Shown: positions 9,393 through 19,373 of the stretch, one piece after another
Numbering within the stretch: the first letter of the stretch is position 1
How the letters are laid out: each line of letters opens with the position of its first letter
Position numbers and translations under genes: made by a program
Notes under the pieces: generated by a model
The model's input: only the letters and a program-made list of their open reading frames with translations
What the model was told of the DNA's origin: nothing
Database searches by the model: none
DNA from: an uncultured Nitrososphaerota archaeon
GTDB taxonomy: Archaea > Thermoproteota > Nitrososphaeria > Conexivisphaerales > DTJL01
Assembly: GCA_963842885.1 (NCBI GenBank)
Contig: CAWJIE010000003.1
Location: 352,001 to 416,000, forward strand
Reading direction: 5' to 3'
Length of the DNA: 64,000 nt

Positions 9393-10373
9393 TTGACGAC
9401 GAAAGAGCTGGTCCGAGGAGTCGCGAGGGGGAGCAGGAAGGACATTTCCAAGGCCATCACCATCCTCGAAGACGGCCTCCCCGGCTCAAGGCGGCTCTAC
9501 GCTGAAATATACAAGAGGGGAGGAAACGCGTTCGTCCTCGGCGTCGCAGGCCCGCCTGGAGCGGGGAAAAGCTCACTGATCAACTGCATCATAAGGGAGC
9601 TTAGGTCCATGGGCCGCAAGGTGGGCGTGGTCGCCGTGGACCCGACTAGTCCCTTCACAGGGGGGGCGCTGCTGGGAGACAGGATCAGGATGGTGAATCA
9701 CAGCCTCGACGAAGGGGTCTACATAAGGAGCATGGCCTCGAGGGGCAGCAGGGGCGGCCTGTCCCGGAGCACGAAGAAGGTGATCGACGTCCTGGACGCC
9801 GCGAAGTTCGACGTCATCCTGCTCGAGAGCGTAGGCATAGGTCAGACCGAGGTGGACATCGTCAAGGTCGCCCAAGCCACTCTCGTGGTTATCATGCCGG
9901 AGATGGGGGACTCCGTTCAGGCCATGAAGGCGGGGCTCATGGAGATCGGCGACATAGTAGTGATGAACAAAGCCGACCTAGAAGGGGCGGACAGGGCGGC
10001 GCTGGAGATCGCTCAGTTCGCTAGGACGAAAGACGGCGCAAGGCCGACGGTCCTGAAGACAGTGGCAAGGACATGCGAGGGGGTTCCCGAGCTCGTCGAC
10101 GCCCTCATGAGGCTGATGGCTGGGGCTAAGGGCAGAGCCAATGTGGAGGGCGGCGCCCTAGAGGAGGTGAGGGAGGCCATAGGGTCGAAGGTCGAGAAGG
10201 CGTTCTTGGATGGCCTCGCGTACAAGCCCAGCTGGACAGAACTGCTGGAGAGGGTTACGCTCCGAGAACTGGACCCCGACTCGGCGGCTGAACTTGTCGT
10301 GAGGGACATGACCTCGAAGTCAAATGGACTAAGGGCGGACGGACCGACGAAACGAGCTCGCGCTCGCCGTTGA
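9393..10373 (+). CDS. meaB: MeaB/ArgK family GTPase (methylmalonyl-CoA mutase chaperone)
   Basis: GPPGAGKSS, AVDPTSPFTGGALLGDRIRM, ESVGIGQTE, NKAD. Confidence 0.93.
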   Translation: MTTKELVRGVARGSRKDISKAITILEDGLPGSRRLYAEIYKRGGNAFVLGVAGPPGAGKSSLINCIIRELRSMGRKVGVVAVDPTSPFTGGALLGDRIRMVNHSLDEGVYIRSMASRGSRGGLSRSTKKVIDVLDAAKFDVILLESVGIGQTEVDIVKVAQATLVVIMPEMGDSVQAMKAGLMEIGDIVVMNKADLEGADRAALEIAQFARTKDGARPTVLKTVARTCEGVPELVDALMRLMAGAKGRANVEGGALEEVREAIGSKVEKAFLDGLAYKPSWTELLERVTLRELDPDSAAELVVRDMTSKSNGLRADGPTKRARARR

Positions 10374-10400
10374 GGGACGTTTACTCATTCCTCCACAGGA

Positions 10401-10841
10401 TCAGGTGTCCGACCCAGATCCCCCACCGCGAGCGTGAGCCCCGCCATGCGAGGCCGTGAGCTTTTCCATTTCTTTCGCCACGAAGGCTGAAATGTCCGAT
10501 TCGGCCTTCAAGTACACCGCCTCTCCCCCTCCGGCTGTGCCGGCCACGGAGAGCCCGAGTGTGAAAGGTGCCAGCGCCCAGGCGGCCAGGCCTGCGAGCG
10601 TGGTGTCCTTGACCATCTGAGATACGTCCCTGTCGATCTCCAGTGTGAAGTCGTCTGGCTCTCCGACAATCCTCAGTGCGAAGGTGACCTTGATGACAGT
10701 CAGAGCCTTCTCCTGCACGGCCACCAGAGTCAGGCGCCTGTGATCGGACTGGACATTGTAACCTCTGAGCAAGAGGAAGGCGCTTACCTTCCTGAATAGC
10801 AGGTCAAGGTCAGCGCCGTACGAAAGGTAGCGCGACCGCAT
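10401..10841 (-). CDS. Hypothetical protein with a glycine-rich hydrophobic segment
   Basis: Protein-like ORF downstream of yjjX on the same strand; start uncertain. Confidence 0.55.
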   Translation of the reverse strand: MRSRYLSYGADLDLLFRKVSAFLLLRGYNVQSDHRRLTLVAVQEKALTVIKVTFALRIVGEPDDFTLEIDRDVSQMVKDTTLAGLAAWALAPFTLGLSVAGTAGGGEAVYLKAESDISAFVAKEMEKLTASHGGAHARGGGSGSDT

Positions 10842-10930
10842 CCCATTTTCATCGTCGCATGCCTTCCTAATAGCGTTTGGCTCCATCATCAAGCAACGAA
10901 AGGAGGCTACGTCCAGCCCTCCAATCGCAC

Positions 10931-11458
10931 TCACCAGGTGAATTGGCGGTTCAGGTGGGGTATAAGTGCGAGGGTTGTGCCGTGCTGGTAGAGAGCCGTC
11001 CTGTCTATCACACCTTTGGTAAGTATGCCCACCGCACCTAGTCCGTGCTTGACGTCGGATGTGCCCGTGATCCTGTCCATGGCCTCTCCCAGCTCCAGGC
11101 CCTCGTCGACGAGCTTCAGAGACTCGAGGGGGAGCGGGAAGAGCCCTGTGGTGGCACTGGATTCGCGGCCCTTCGCGTCCACTATTGAAACGGCGGCAAA
11201 GGCGTATCGCCGGCAGTCGAACTCGATTATCCCGCCTTCGACGCCTACCGCCAGATCACACTTGGCCAGTTCCTGGGCGTGGACGGCCCTGTTCCGAGCG
11301 CCCCTGAAGGCGTCGTTGCCCAAGGGTTGTGGACTGACGTCGGAGCTGGCTTGGACGCCAATGACCTCCGAGTCGAAATAGGGTTCGAGCGCCAGTCGCA
11401 CCGCTTCCACTTTGACCTTGTTTGTGCTTCCTACTGATACTCTGATGCTGGGTTTCAT
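10931..11458 (-). CDS. yjjX: Inosine/xanthosine triphosphatase (NTPase_I-T)
   Basis: VGSTNKVKVEAV, GARNRA, VGVEGG, GLELGEAMD, GAVGILTKG. Confidence 0.92.
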   Translation of the reverse strand: MKPSIRVSVGSTNKVKVEAVRLALEPYFDSEVIGVQASSDVSPQPLGNDAFRGARNRAVHAQELAKCDLAVGVEGGIIEFDCRRYAFAAVSIVDAKGRESSATTGLFPLPLESLKLVDEGLELGEAMDRITGTSDVKHGLGAVGILTKGVIDRTALYQHGTTLALIPHLNRQFTW

Positions 11459-11531
11459 CGTACGGCGTCTTCAGCGAAGGCTCTCCAAATGAACCTTTCG
11501 AAGGCCAGTCGAGAAGAAAGGCCTGGTGCGC

Positions 11532-11897
11532 TCATAACGTCATGACGTCGTCGTACGAATCCTCGGGGAGGCGCCTGGCCACGTCAGGTGATGTGGCGAT
11601 GATAGTATGGTAGATCTTCCGGTTGTCCCTCCGGAAGCACTTGATCTTCCTGATTCTCGGATCCCCTCGGCGGTAGGTGGTAATGCAGTTGATGAAAATC
11701 GTGTTCCCTTCGAATGCCACCATGATGTCGGGGACATATGACGTTCTCCTCCCACTCTCCAGCGTCACGGTAAAAGGGGGCACGTCATGGTCGTGGGGCA
11801 CTCCCTTCTCGGAAAGGTCCTGGCAGACCCTGTCCTCAAGCTTCGACCTCACGACGTGACCGAAGGAGTTCGTTCGCCCCTTGCGTGACTCTTTCAA
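11532..11897 (-). CDS. PD-(D/E)XK-fold nuclease-like protein (T7 endonuclease I-like)
   Basis: RSKLEDRVCQDLSEKGVPH...YVPDIMV pattern; the E-x-K position appears as NCIT. Confidence 0.6.
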   Translation of the reverse strand: MKESRKGRTNSFGHVVRSKLEDRVCQDLSEKGVPHDHDVPPFTVTLESGRRTSYVPDIMVAFEGNTIFINCITTYRRGDPRIRKIKCFRRDNRKIYHTIIATSPDVARRLPEDSYDDVMTL

Positions 11898-12142
11898 CGC
11901 ATTGACGAGAATCGTGCCGGCGCTTTAATCTTTCTGAGGGCGAAAGACCGGTTGCGGGCTTCTGGAGCGTCGAACCCGCACCTCCCGCACGGTCTCCTGC
12001 TAGCTCCGCTCGATTTACAGCTCCTGCGCGCCCCGGACGGCGGATGGCGGCACGTTGCGACTTGAACGTCGAAGCGGGGGCCGACGGCCTTCTGGCGAAC
12101 ATCTTTAATAGCTTGAGAGGACATCGAGACCTAGAGTACCAT

Positions 12143-12745
12143 TTGGACTCTGGCTTGGCTCTCAGGACCAAGCGCCTCCTCCTGAGAGACTTCAGAGAGG
12201 AAGACTGGGAATCAGTCCATGTATATGCGTCGGACCCTGAGGTGGTAAAGTATGTGTCTTGGGGTCCCAACACGGAGGAGGAGACCAAGGGCTTCGTCAG
12301 GCAGGCCATGAAGTGGGGGGAGGAGAGGCCCAGGCTGCACTTCGAGCTTGCCGTGATATTGAAGGCCGATGATACACTCATCGGTGGGTGCGGGTTGAAC
12401 TTGTCTAGCTCCCAGAATCGCGAAGGCTACGTAGGGTATTGCTTCAACAGGATATACTGGCACGCAGGATTCGCCACTGAAGCCGTCGAGACGCTGATAC
12501 TCTACGGCTTCGAGCAGCTGGGACTCCACAGGATCTGGGCCACCTGCGACCCCGACAACTTGGCCTCAGCGCGGGTCCTTGAGAAGGTAGGGATGAAACG
12601 TGAGGCGCAGCTTCGGGAGAACATGTGGATGAGGGGGAGGTGGAGGGACTCCTTGATCTACGCGGTGCTTGACAGGGAGTGGTCGGACCTACGTGGAAGA
12701 GATGCCGCCAAGCGGAAGGAGAAGGATGCTGCTGGCGTGGCCTAG
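12143..12745 (+). CDS. RimJ/RimL-family GNAT N-acetyltransferase
   Basis: LRTKRLLLRDF, GFATEA, LGLHRIWATCDPDNLASARVLEKVGM. Confidence 0.9.
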   Translation: MDSGLALRTKRLLLRDFREEDWESVHVYASDPEVVKYVSWGPNTEEETKGFVRQAMKWGEERPRLHFELAVILKADDTLIGGCGLNLSSSQNREGYVGYCFNRIYWHAGFATEAVETLILYGFEQLGLHRIWATCDPDNLASARVLEKVGMKREAQLRENMWMRGRWRDSLIYAVLDREWSDLRGRDAAKRKEKDAAGVA

Positions 12746-12795
12746 GGAGGCTGGGCCTGTGAACAGGCTACCGGCCGGGCTGCGGCAAGGATGAT

Positions 12796-13779
12796 GTGCC
12801 GAGGCGGTTGAGCTTGGATTCCGTAGCTGGCGTCGACATCGGGGCGACGCGGCTTAGGGTGGCATTGGGTGACGGCTCGGGGAAGATCGTGGCCAAGGCC
12901 TCTGAACGAAGCTCTCATCGGGCTTCGCGGACGGCTTTGGGGGAACAGGTCAAGGAGTCTCTTTCGCGGCTGCTCAAAGAGCACGGCTCATCAAGGCTAA
13001 GATGTATTGGCGTGGCCTCCACCGGACCCCTGGACAGAAGGGGCGGAATCGTGGACCCGGCGAACCTTCCCAAGCTGGGTTTCGTGCCGCTCGCGCGGCC
13101 CCTAATTGAAACCTTCGGTTCCGATGTCCTTCTAATCAACGATTGCTCCGCAGCGGCTGTCGCTGAGAAGGAGATTGGCTTGGGGAAGGGATTCGACAAC
13201 CTGGCGTACGTTACCTTGAGCACAGGCATCGGCGCAGGAGTCTTCGTCGATGGCCGCCTCTTGGTGGGAAAGGACGGAAACGCGCATGAAGTCGGCCACA
13301 TGGTCATAGATCGCGAGCAGAGGCTCGTGTGTGGTTGTGGTAAGGGCGGGCATTGGGAGGCATACTGTTCGGGACGGAACATCCCACGACTGGCTCCCCT
13401 TTTACTGGACGACGCTGCTGACGCCCGCAGGGTGGGGGCCCTCACGTCTCCGCAGATCTTCGAGCTTTCAAGGGGCGGCGACAAGGCCTGCGCTAGGGTG
13501 ATCCGGGAGGTCGGACTTCTCAACGCGATGGGCTTCGCCAACATCGTCGACGTCTACGACCCGGAGCTCGTCGTCGTGGGTGGTTCCGTGGCGCTCAACA
13601 ATGTCGACCAAGTGCTGGGGCCAATCAAGGAAAGGATTGGCGACCTAACCAGGAACAGGGTCCCGCCCGTCAAGCTGACGGAGATGGGGGAGGATGTCGT
13701 TCTTTCGGGAGCCCTCCTGGCGGCACTTCACGTAGCGGACTATCACGAGCTGAAGCCTTGGACCTATCCTGCAGACTAG
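12796..13779 (+). CDS. ROK-family sugar kinase (glucokinase-like)
   Basis: GVDIGAT, LINDCSAA, TLSTGIGAG, EVGHM, CGCGKGGHWEAYCSG. Confidence 0.92.
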   Translation: MPRRLSLDSVAGVDIGATRLRVALGDGSGKIVAKASERSSHRASRTALGEQVKESLSRLLKEHGSSRLRCIGVASTGPLDRRGGIVDPANLPKLGFVPLARPLIETFGSDVLLINDCSAAAVAEKEIGLGKGFDNLAYVTLSTGIGAGVFVDGRLLVGKDGNAHEVGHMVIDREQRLVCGCGKGGHWEAYCSGRNIPRLAPLLLDDAADARRVGALTSPQIFELSRGGDKACARVIREVGLLNAMGFANIVDVYDPELVVVGGSVALNNVDQVLGPIKERIGDLTRNRVPPVKLTEMGEDVVLSGALLAALHVADYHELKPWTYPAD

Positions 13780-13783
13780 GTGT

Positions 13784-14134
13784 TCAGACCGAGCGAATCA
13801 TCGTCAAGAGCATCTTGAACCTCTTCGCAGCGCGAAGCGAATGCGGCCTGTGCGCGGGTAGGATGATGCCGTCTCCCTGCCCTAGACGGTTGTCGGTGCC
13901 GGCTACGTTGACGTCCGCCTCGCCTTCCAGGATGTAAACTAGGGCGTCGAACGGTGCTGTGTGTTCGCTGAGGCCTTCTCCCTGATCGAATGCGAAAAGC
14001 GTGACGGAGCCCGCCTTGCCTTCAACGATGGAACGACTTACAACGGAGCCAGCTTGATAGGGAACGAGAGAGGAAAGGTTGACCCTTTCGCCGCGGGAGA
14101 GCCTGCCTTTCTTGTCAGACCTCCCTTCGACCAT
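13784..14134 (-). CDS. Cupin domain protein
   Basis: FAFDQGEGLSEHTAPFDALVYILEGEA, PHSL. Confidence 0.9.
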   Translation of the reverse strand: MVEGRSDKKGRLSRGERVNLSSLVPYQAGSVVSRSIVEGKAGSVTLFAFDQGEGLSEHTAPFDALVYILEGEADVNVAGTDNRLGQGDGIILPAHRPHSLRAAKRFKMLLTMIRSV

Positions 14135-14197
14135 GCTTTGCCCTCTGTCTTTGTGTGAGCTGGGAACCTAAAAGCGTTTGTCCATTATCGGAGCTTG

Positions 14198-14950
14198 TCA
14201 GCGGAAGTCTTGGAGGCCTCTCCTTTCTTTTATGAGGCCGAGAACCATGTCGAAATACGTAACGAGGGCGCGGCGAAACTCGACCTCGTCCCAGTCGGCC
14301 CTTGCATTCTCAAGAAACGACTCCACTTCGTTGAATTGCTTTTGACTCTGCTCACCGGAGAACGAGAGGTACTTCTCGTTCTTGCTTTGCATCTCTTCAA
14401 TCCCTTCGGTGAAACCCCTGCGCCGGAGGGATGCGACGGCGAAAGCGTTTCTCACCAGCAGGACGGCATCAACCACGGAATCGCCGGATGGCCTCTCGGA
14501 CACCCAGTCGGCAAAGAATCTCTGCGCATGCTTCAGCTCCCGACCCGACATCGAGGCGAAGACGATGTCGTCGACGATGATGTTCTGGAGGTGGCTGAAC
14601 ACGTCGACAAGAGCTGCTGACTCCCTTTCGTTGAGCCCGTCTCTTTCCGCCGCCTCCCTCAAGACACCGTCGACGATATCAGAGACGTGTGATGGCGACC
14701 CTTGCTCCGTATGGTAGATGTGCGCGAGCTCGTGAAGGATAAGCCCTCCGAGCATCTCCGAGTCGAGGGCCCACTCGGCGATGACTATGCTGTGTTCATC
14801 TCCATCACTCTTGGCGTATCCCATTATCTTCAGGTCAGGGTCCACCTCAACTGTGACCTTGGAGGTTATCGGATAGCCAGCTTTGCCCATTCGTTGAATC
14901 GCCCACTGAAGCGTTCCGGTAAGAGATGTGTCTCCAGGCTCTTCTCCCAA
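14198..14950 (-). CDS. DUF5781-like HEXXH zinc metallopeptidase-fold protein
   Basis: GLILHELAHIYHTEQGSPSH, NIIVDDI. Confidence 0.75.
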   Translation of the reverse strand: MGEEPGDTSLTGTLQWAIQRMGKAGYPITSKVTVEVDPDLKIMGYAKSDGDEHSIVIAEWALDSEMLGGLILHELAHIYHTEQGSPSHVSDIVDGVLREAAERDGLNERESAALVDVFSHLQNIIVDDIVFASMSGRELKHAQRFFADWVSERPSGDSVVDAVLLVRNAFAVASLRRRGFTEGIEEMQSKNEKYLSFSGEQSQKQFNEVESFLENARADWDEVEFRRALVTYFDMVLGLIKERRGLQDFR

Positions 14951-15333
14951 GAAGTGGTGACCTTAGCGTCGTCTGCACAGGCTTCCAGATAAACACGACG
15001 CCGTTCATCTACGTGAATGGATTTGGAATCGGGAAGGGGAAGCGGACGAGGCCGGCTAGTGTTGCTCGATATCGTCGAGGTATCCTGTTTGCTCTTTAGC
15101 AGGCCCTCTTCTTTGGTCAGAAGGGACCACAGTTTGATGTCATCTTCGGAATTCACAAGAATGTACTGCAAGGAATACGCCCTGATGCCAACTCTGTCCA
15201 GCGCTGCAGGATAGGCGAGGACCTTTCTCCCATACCTGTCTGTCGTAGCCTCCGAGATTGGTTGACTGTATCTCCGTCTTAGCTTCTCGATCTGAAGCTC
15301 CACCTCTCCAAGCTCTTCGGGATTCGCGAGCAC
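14866..15333 (-). CDS. Hypothetical protein; start and end uncertain, possibly frameshifted
   Basis: Protein-like core (ANPEELGEVELQIEKLRRRY...) lying between co-oriented genes. Confidence 0.4.
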   Translation of the reverse strand: MLANPEELGEVELQIEKLRRRYSQPISEATTDRYGRKVLAYPAALDRVGIRAYSLQYILVNSEDDIKLWSLLTKEEGLLKSKQDTSTISSNTSRPRPLPLPDSKSIHVDERRRVYLEACADDAKVTTSWEKSLETHLLPERFSGRFNEWAKLAIR

Positions 15334-15453
15334 CCTCCACCTCCCCCCGTGTTCCTCGGACTAAATCGTGCGGTATAACTCGGACAGTCCACAATTCCTA
15401 GGCTTCTAGCTAGAACCCTTTGCTTTCTGGAGAAACGACGCGCCCGGCAGCGT

Positions 15454-15948
15454 TTAGGCCCTGACGCCCAGCAGCTCAAGGAATCTCTTGAAGTCTGCAT
15501 CGCTGACCCAGTCGACCTTTAGGTACTTGACCAGCTCCTCGCCTTCGTAGCCTATTCTCCTCGCCTCCTTCAGGGTCGCTTGGTAGGCTTCAATCTCCGT
15601 AGCGCGGTCCACATAGTCATATCTTTCGTCGAAGAGCTCCTTTCCCTCGCGAAACTGCCTAACGTGGACCAGCTCATGGATGACGTCGAGGTAAAGGTAT
15701 CTCTCGTCGGCCGTCTCTAGGTAGGGCAGGCTGACATGGAGATCGCCGGTTTCTCCGTCGACATGCATGTAGCCGCGACGTGAGGCGAGCACGACCCTGA
15801 TTCCAGCGAGGACCTCCTTCGTGTTCCTTCCGAATATGTCCTCCACCGCATCCACCCTGTCAAAGCCGCGGAAGACTTCGGCGAACTCGTATGTCCCGAG
15901 CTCCAAGTCTCTTCTGATTTCGATTCCCAAGTCCAGGGCAGGATTCAC
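15454..15948 (-). CDS. Hypothetical HEXXH metallopeptidase-like protein
   Basis: YLDVIHELVHVRQ, EIEAY. Confidence 0.75.
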   Translation of the reverse strand: MNPALDLGIEIRRDLELGTYEFAEVFRGFDRVDAVEDIFGRNTKEVLAGIRVVLASRRGYMHVDGETGDLHVSLPYLETADERYLYLDVIHELVHVRQFREGKELFDERYDYVDRATEIEAYQATLKEARRIGYEGEELVKYLKVDWVSDADFKRFLELLGVRA

Positions 15949-16710
15949 CTCGACTCCGCGTCTGTCGAGAGCACAAACTTGCTATAGATCGCTCTGAAGC
16001 CGCGCTTGAGGTAGAACCCTTCAACATGGTCCTCCGCGAAGGTCTGCAGCACGAGCGTCAGCCCCTGCTCCTCGGCCTGGCCGGAGGCATAGCTCAACAT
16101 CCCGCTGGCCACTCCTGACCTGCGGTATTCGGGCACCGTCCCGACGCAATAGGCGCCCAGCAGCCCTCCATGGCGGAAGAGCGCCATTTCACCCACGACC
16201 TCCTTCCCCCGCCTGGCCAAAACCAGGGAGGCGTCTTTGTCCTTGGCTGCTCTTCTTGCAGCAGCCTCCACCTCTGCCTCCTGGCCGCCGTCGCCGTAAA
16301 AGGACCGAAGATAGGCCGAAACCCACTCATGAACGTCGGACACGACCCGCATGATTTCGACTGACCCGCTCTCCCTGGGTACCTCCGGCCCCGCCCGCCA
16401 TTACCTCCATTGTGTCCAAGGCGACGTAACCGGCCGACTCCAATCTCGTTCTCAATCCAAGAAGACGCGGGTCATCGATCACGAAGAACGAAGGCCGGAC
16501 ACCTGCTTTCGTGAACTTGCTGAGGGCGTGTTCAAAAACCGAATCGACGTCCGACACGTCGCCCATTATAGTTGCGTGGTTGAAGAGAGGCTCAGGGAAA
16601 CTCGTCGAGGTGATGACGTAGGCGCCTTCACCAAGCCAGCTGACGTCTCCCCAGTGGGACCACCATGAGACTTCGTTGAGCTCCTGCTCTTCGATGCCGA
16701 CGCTAGTCAA
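15945..16710 (-). CDS. GNAT acetyltransferase split by a frameshift near 16350-16380
   Basis: N-part (EPLFNHA...) in ORF 16327..16710; C-part (YCVGTVPEYRRSGVASGML) in ORF 15945..16352. Confidence 0.75.
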
Positions 16711-17926
16711 AGATGTTCACGCCCAGGATGGCGCTGGCCTTTGCTATGGAGTCGTAGTACGCATCCAGCCTCTGAAGGTTGACTTCATTTGCGCCCTCCT
16801 CGACGAGCTTGGAGAACCGGGCGATGGCGTGAGGCGTGTCGAAATCGTCGTTCACGGCTTCGATGAATGACCGCAGAGCTAGGTTGGGGCCTTCCAGAAT
16901 CGGCTCGCGCGAAGAGCCTTCCTTAATCTTCTTCGCCTTGGCCTTCAACCTCCAGAACTCCTCGTCGACATGACCCAGCTTCGATTCGTCGTACTCCATG
17001 TCCTCCCTGTAATGGGAGAGCAAGAAGTACATCCTGAGCTGGCTAGGGCCGAACTTCGAAAGGGCCTCCCTCACGGTGACGATGTTCCCCTCCGACTTGG
17101 ACATCTTCTTCTTGGCGATTGTCAGCAGACCCGTGTGCATCCAGAACCTGACATAGGGCTTCAAACCCGTAAGCGATTCGGCCTCGGCTATCAGAGATTC
17201 GTGATGCGGATAGATGAGCTCCCGGGCGCCTCCATGGATGTCGTATTGGGGACCCAGCTCCGTAAGAGAAACTCCCGTGTCCTGAATGTGCCATCCAGGG
17301 CTTCCTGTCCCCCACGGGCTTTCCCAGCGCTGAACTGATGTGGGCGAAGACCTCCAAAGAGCGAAATCTGTGAGGTGCCTCTTCTTCGGGGATATCTCGA
17401 CAGGCCTGAGGGTCAACTCCTCGGCTGTAAGGTGCGAAAGTTGGCCGAACTCGGGCACGGTGGAGGTGTCCAGATAGACGTCGCCGTCGGTGACGTAAGC
17501 GTGTCCATGTCCGATGAGGCCTTCGACCTCCTTGATCATCTCCTGGATGTAGTCGGACACCTTCGGGTACTTCGTGATGCTTGTGACGTTGAGCCTTGCG
17601 GTGTCCTGGATGAAGGCGTTCGCATATCTCTGGGCGTATGCGTGCGGGCTCAGCTTTTCCCTCTCGGCGCCCTTTACGATGCTGTCGTCTATGTCTGTCA
17701 TGTTCATGATAAAGGTAACTTCGTAGCCCTGGTGAATCAAGTAACGGGCCACCGTGTCGAAGAAGATGGCCGTCCTTGCGTGGCCGACGTGCATGTAGTT
17801 CTGGACGGTGGGACCACAGACGAGCATCTTCACCCTCCTCCTGCTGAGGCTTTCGAAGGTTTCTATCCCTCCTCTGAGCGTGTCATAGATGCGCAGTCCA
17901 GCAGGCAGGCCCGAATGACGCCTCAT
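16703..17926 (-). CDS. cysS: Cysteinyl-tRNA synthetase-like protein, short form ending after the DALR-type domain
   Basis: CGPTV, HVGH (HIGH), NMTDIDD, DFALW, PGWHIQD, DIHGG, KMSKS, NDDFDTP. Confidence 0.82.
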   Translation of the reverse strand: MRRHSGLPAGLRIYDTLRGGIETFESLSRRRVKMLVCGPTVQNYMHVGHARTAIFFDTVARYLIHQGYEVTFIMNMTDIDDSIVKGAEREKLSPHAYAQRYANAFIQDTARLNVTSITKYPKVSDYIQEMIKEVEGLIGHGHAYVTDGDVYLDTSTVPEFGQLSHLTAEELTLRPVEISPKKRHLTDFALWRSSPTSVQRWESPWGTGSPGWHIQDTGVSLTELGPQYDIHGGARELIYPHHESLIAEAESLTGLKPYVRFWMHTGLLTIAKKKMSKSEGNIVTVREALSKFGPSQLRMYFLLSHYREDMEYDESKLGHVDEEFWRLKAKAKKIKEGSSREPILEGPNLALRSFIEAVNDDFDTPHAIARFSKLVEEGANEVNLQRLDAYYDSIAKASAILGVNIFD

Positions 17927-18154
17927 GCTAGGGTGGGCGTCGGAGGACATTAAAAGCATGCCCTATTCCTGGTCCGATGGAACGGGCCCGCTCTTTTTCT
18001 GCTGACGCGTTGCGATTCGTTCCAATGCGAGTGAACTTTATCGGCATCAGGGTAACTGATTTGGAGAGGCCATTGGGATTCTGCAAGGAAGTCCTTGGTC
18101 TCACGGCCCACCTAGAACAGATATAGGGAGCCGTCCTAAGCTAGGTCGACAGAG

Positions 18155-18448
18155 ATGATCTACGAGAAGAGGCTCAACACTCTTCCGGAGCTGGCCGAAG
18201 AGCTGCGGACCTTGGATTTCGACGGAGGGATCAGAGTGCAGGGAAGGTACGGCGGGGAGCCTTGTTTCATCTTCATCACAAGATTTGGGGCCAGCTTCGC
18301 AATGGCTCTGTACTCGGGCAAGCGAGGGACTTCGGACTCGGAGGTCCCCGACCGAAGGCTGATGTTGAAGCAGTACGAGGAGATCGGGCCACTTATGAAG
18401 TTCCTCGAGGGTGAGGCGCTGGACCCCTTGGAAGCATATTCCTATTGA
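18155..18448 (+). CDS. Conserved-looking hypothetical protein
   Basis: 97-aa ORF with protein-like composition. Confidence 0.6.
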   Translation: MIYEKRLNTLPELAEELRTLDFDGGIRVQGRYGGEPCFIFITRFGASFAMALYSGKRGTSDSEVPDRRLMLKQYEEIGPLMKFLEGEALDPLEAYSY

Positions 18449-18493
18449 CCTCAGGCAGACACGCTTAATAGGCGAACGAAGGAAGTTTGAGGT

Positions 18494-19012
18494 ATGAGTT
18501 TCTGCCCTTCGTGTGGCAGACCCGCCGCAGACAACGCCATCTTCTGCCCCAGCTGCGGTTACAACCTGCAGACCAAGCCCCAGGGCTCTCAACAGCCTCC
18601 GGCTTCTGCGTCGCTCCCGGTCATGGCAGGGTCTGGCGGAAGGATGTCGCGGCCTGTCGGGGTGACCGTCATCGCGGTCCTCGACGCTCTCGCGGGGTTC
18701 TTGATGCTGCTGGGGGGTGGAGCCATTCTGGGGGTTGGCAGTTTCATGGGATCCTTCGGCGGGCCGATGAGGGCGTTCCACGGACTGCTCACCGGCTTCG
18801 GTGTCCTAGTCGTGGTCGTGGGGCTGGTGACTATCTTTCTCGCATGGGGGATATGGACAGGGGCTCGTTGGGCATGGACTGCGGCGCTCCTGATTGCCAT
18901 CCTGAGCGCGGTGCTTCATTTGCTGAGTTTCAGCGTATTCGTCCTTGCTATCAATGTGATAGTCATCGTGTACCTTCTGCAGCCCAACGTCAGGCTGTAC
19001 TTCAAGCATTGA
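18494..19012 (+). CDS. Zinc-ribbon-domain membrane protein
   Basis: FCPSCG...FCPSCG zinc ribbon, then RPVGVTVIAVL and 4 TM helices. Confidence 0.85.
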   Translation: MSFCPSCGRPAADNAIFCPSCGYNLQTKPQGSQQPPASASLPVMAGSGGRMSRPVGVTVIAVLDALAGFLMLLGGGAILGVGSFMGSFGGPMRAFHGLLTGFGVLVVVVGLVTIFLAWGIWTGARWAWTAALLIAILSAVLHLLSFSVFVLAINVIVIVYLLQPNVRLYFKH

Positions 19013-19373
19013 ATCGCTGGAATCCTGCCACGTTTTTGACATCTATCGTATTGGCATGAGCCATACCTAGAGTATGGATGGGTGGAAGTGAGGGCCTATC
19101 CCGTCATCCAAGCGGCCTTCATCCTGGGGAACGGCTCCACCATCAGCCAAGGCTTCCACTTCGACGATTTGACCGTGCCGGCGGGAAGGGTGACCCGTTC
19201 TAGCTGGAATGTTTCCGTTCCGCTGGCTTTGATGGGGGCTGCCAACCTGACAGCCTACCCGAGGATTAGGGGACCGATATCGGAGGCGTCACCCACCTAT
19301 CGGGTACCCCAGGGAAGGCCGCATGCTCCGAACAAGATTAAAGGACGGGAGAAGAACGTCTTAGGGACCGGCC

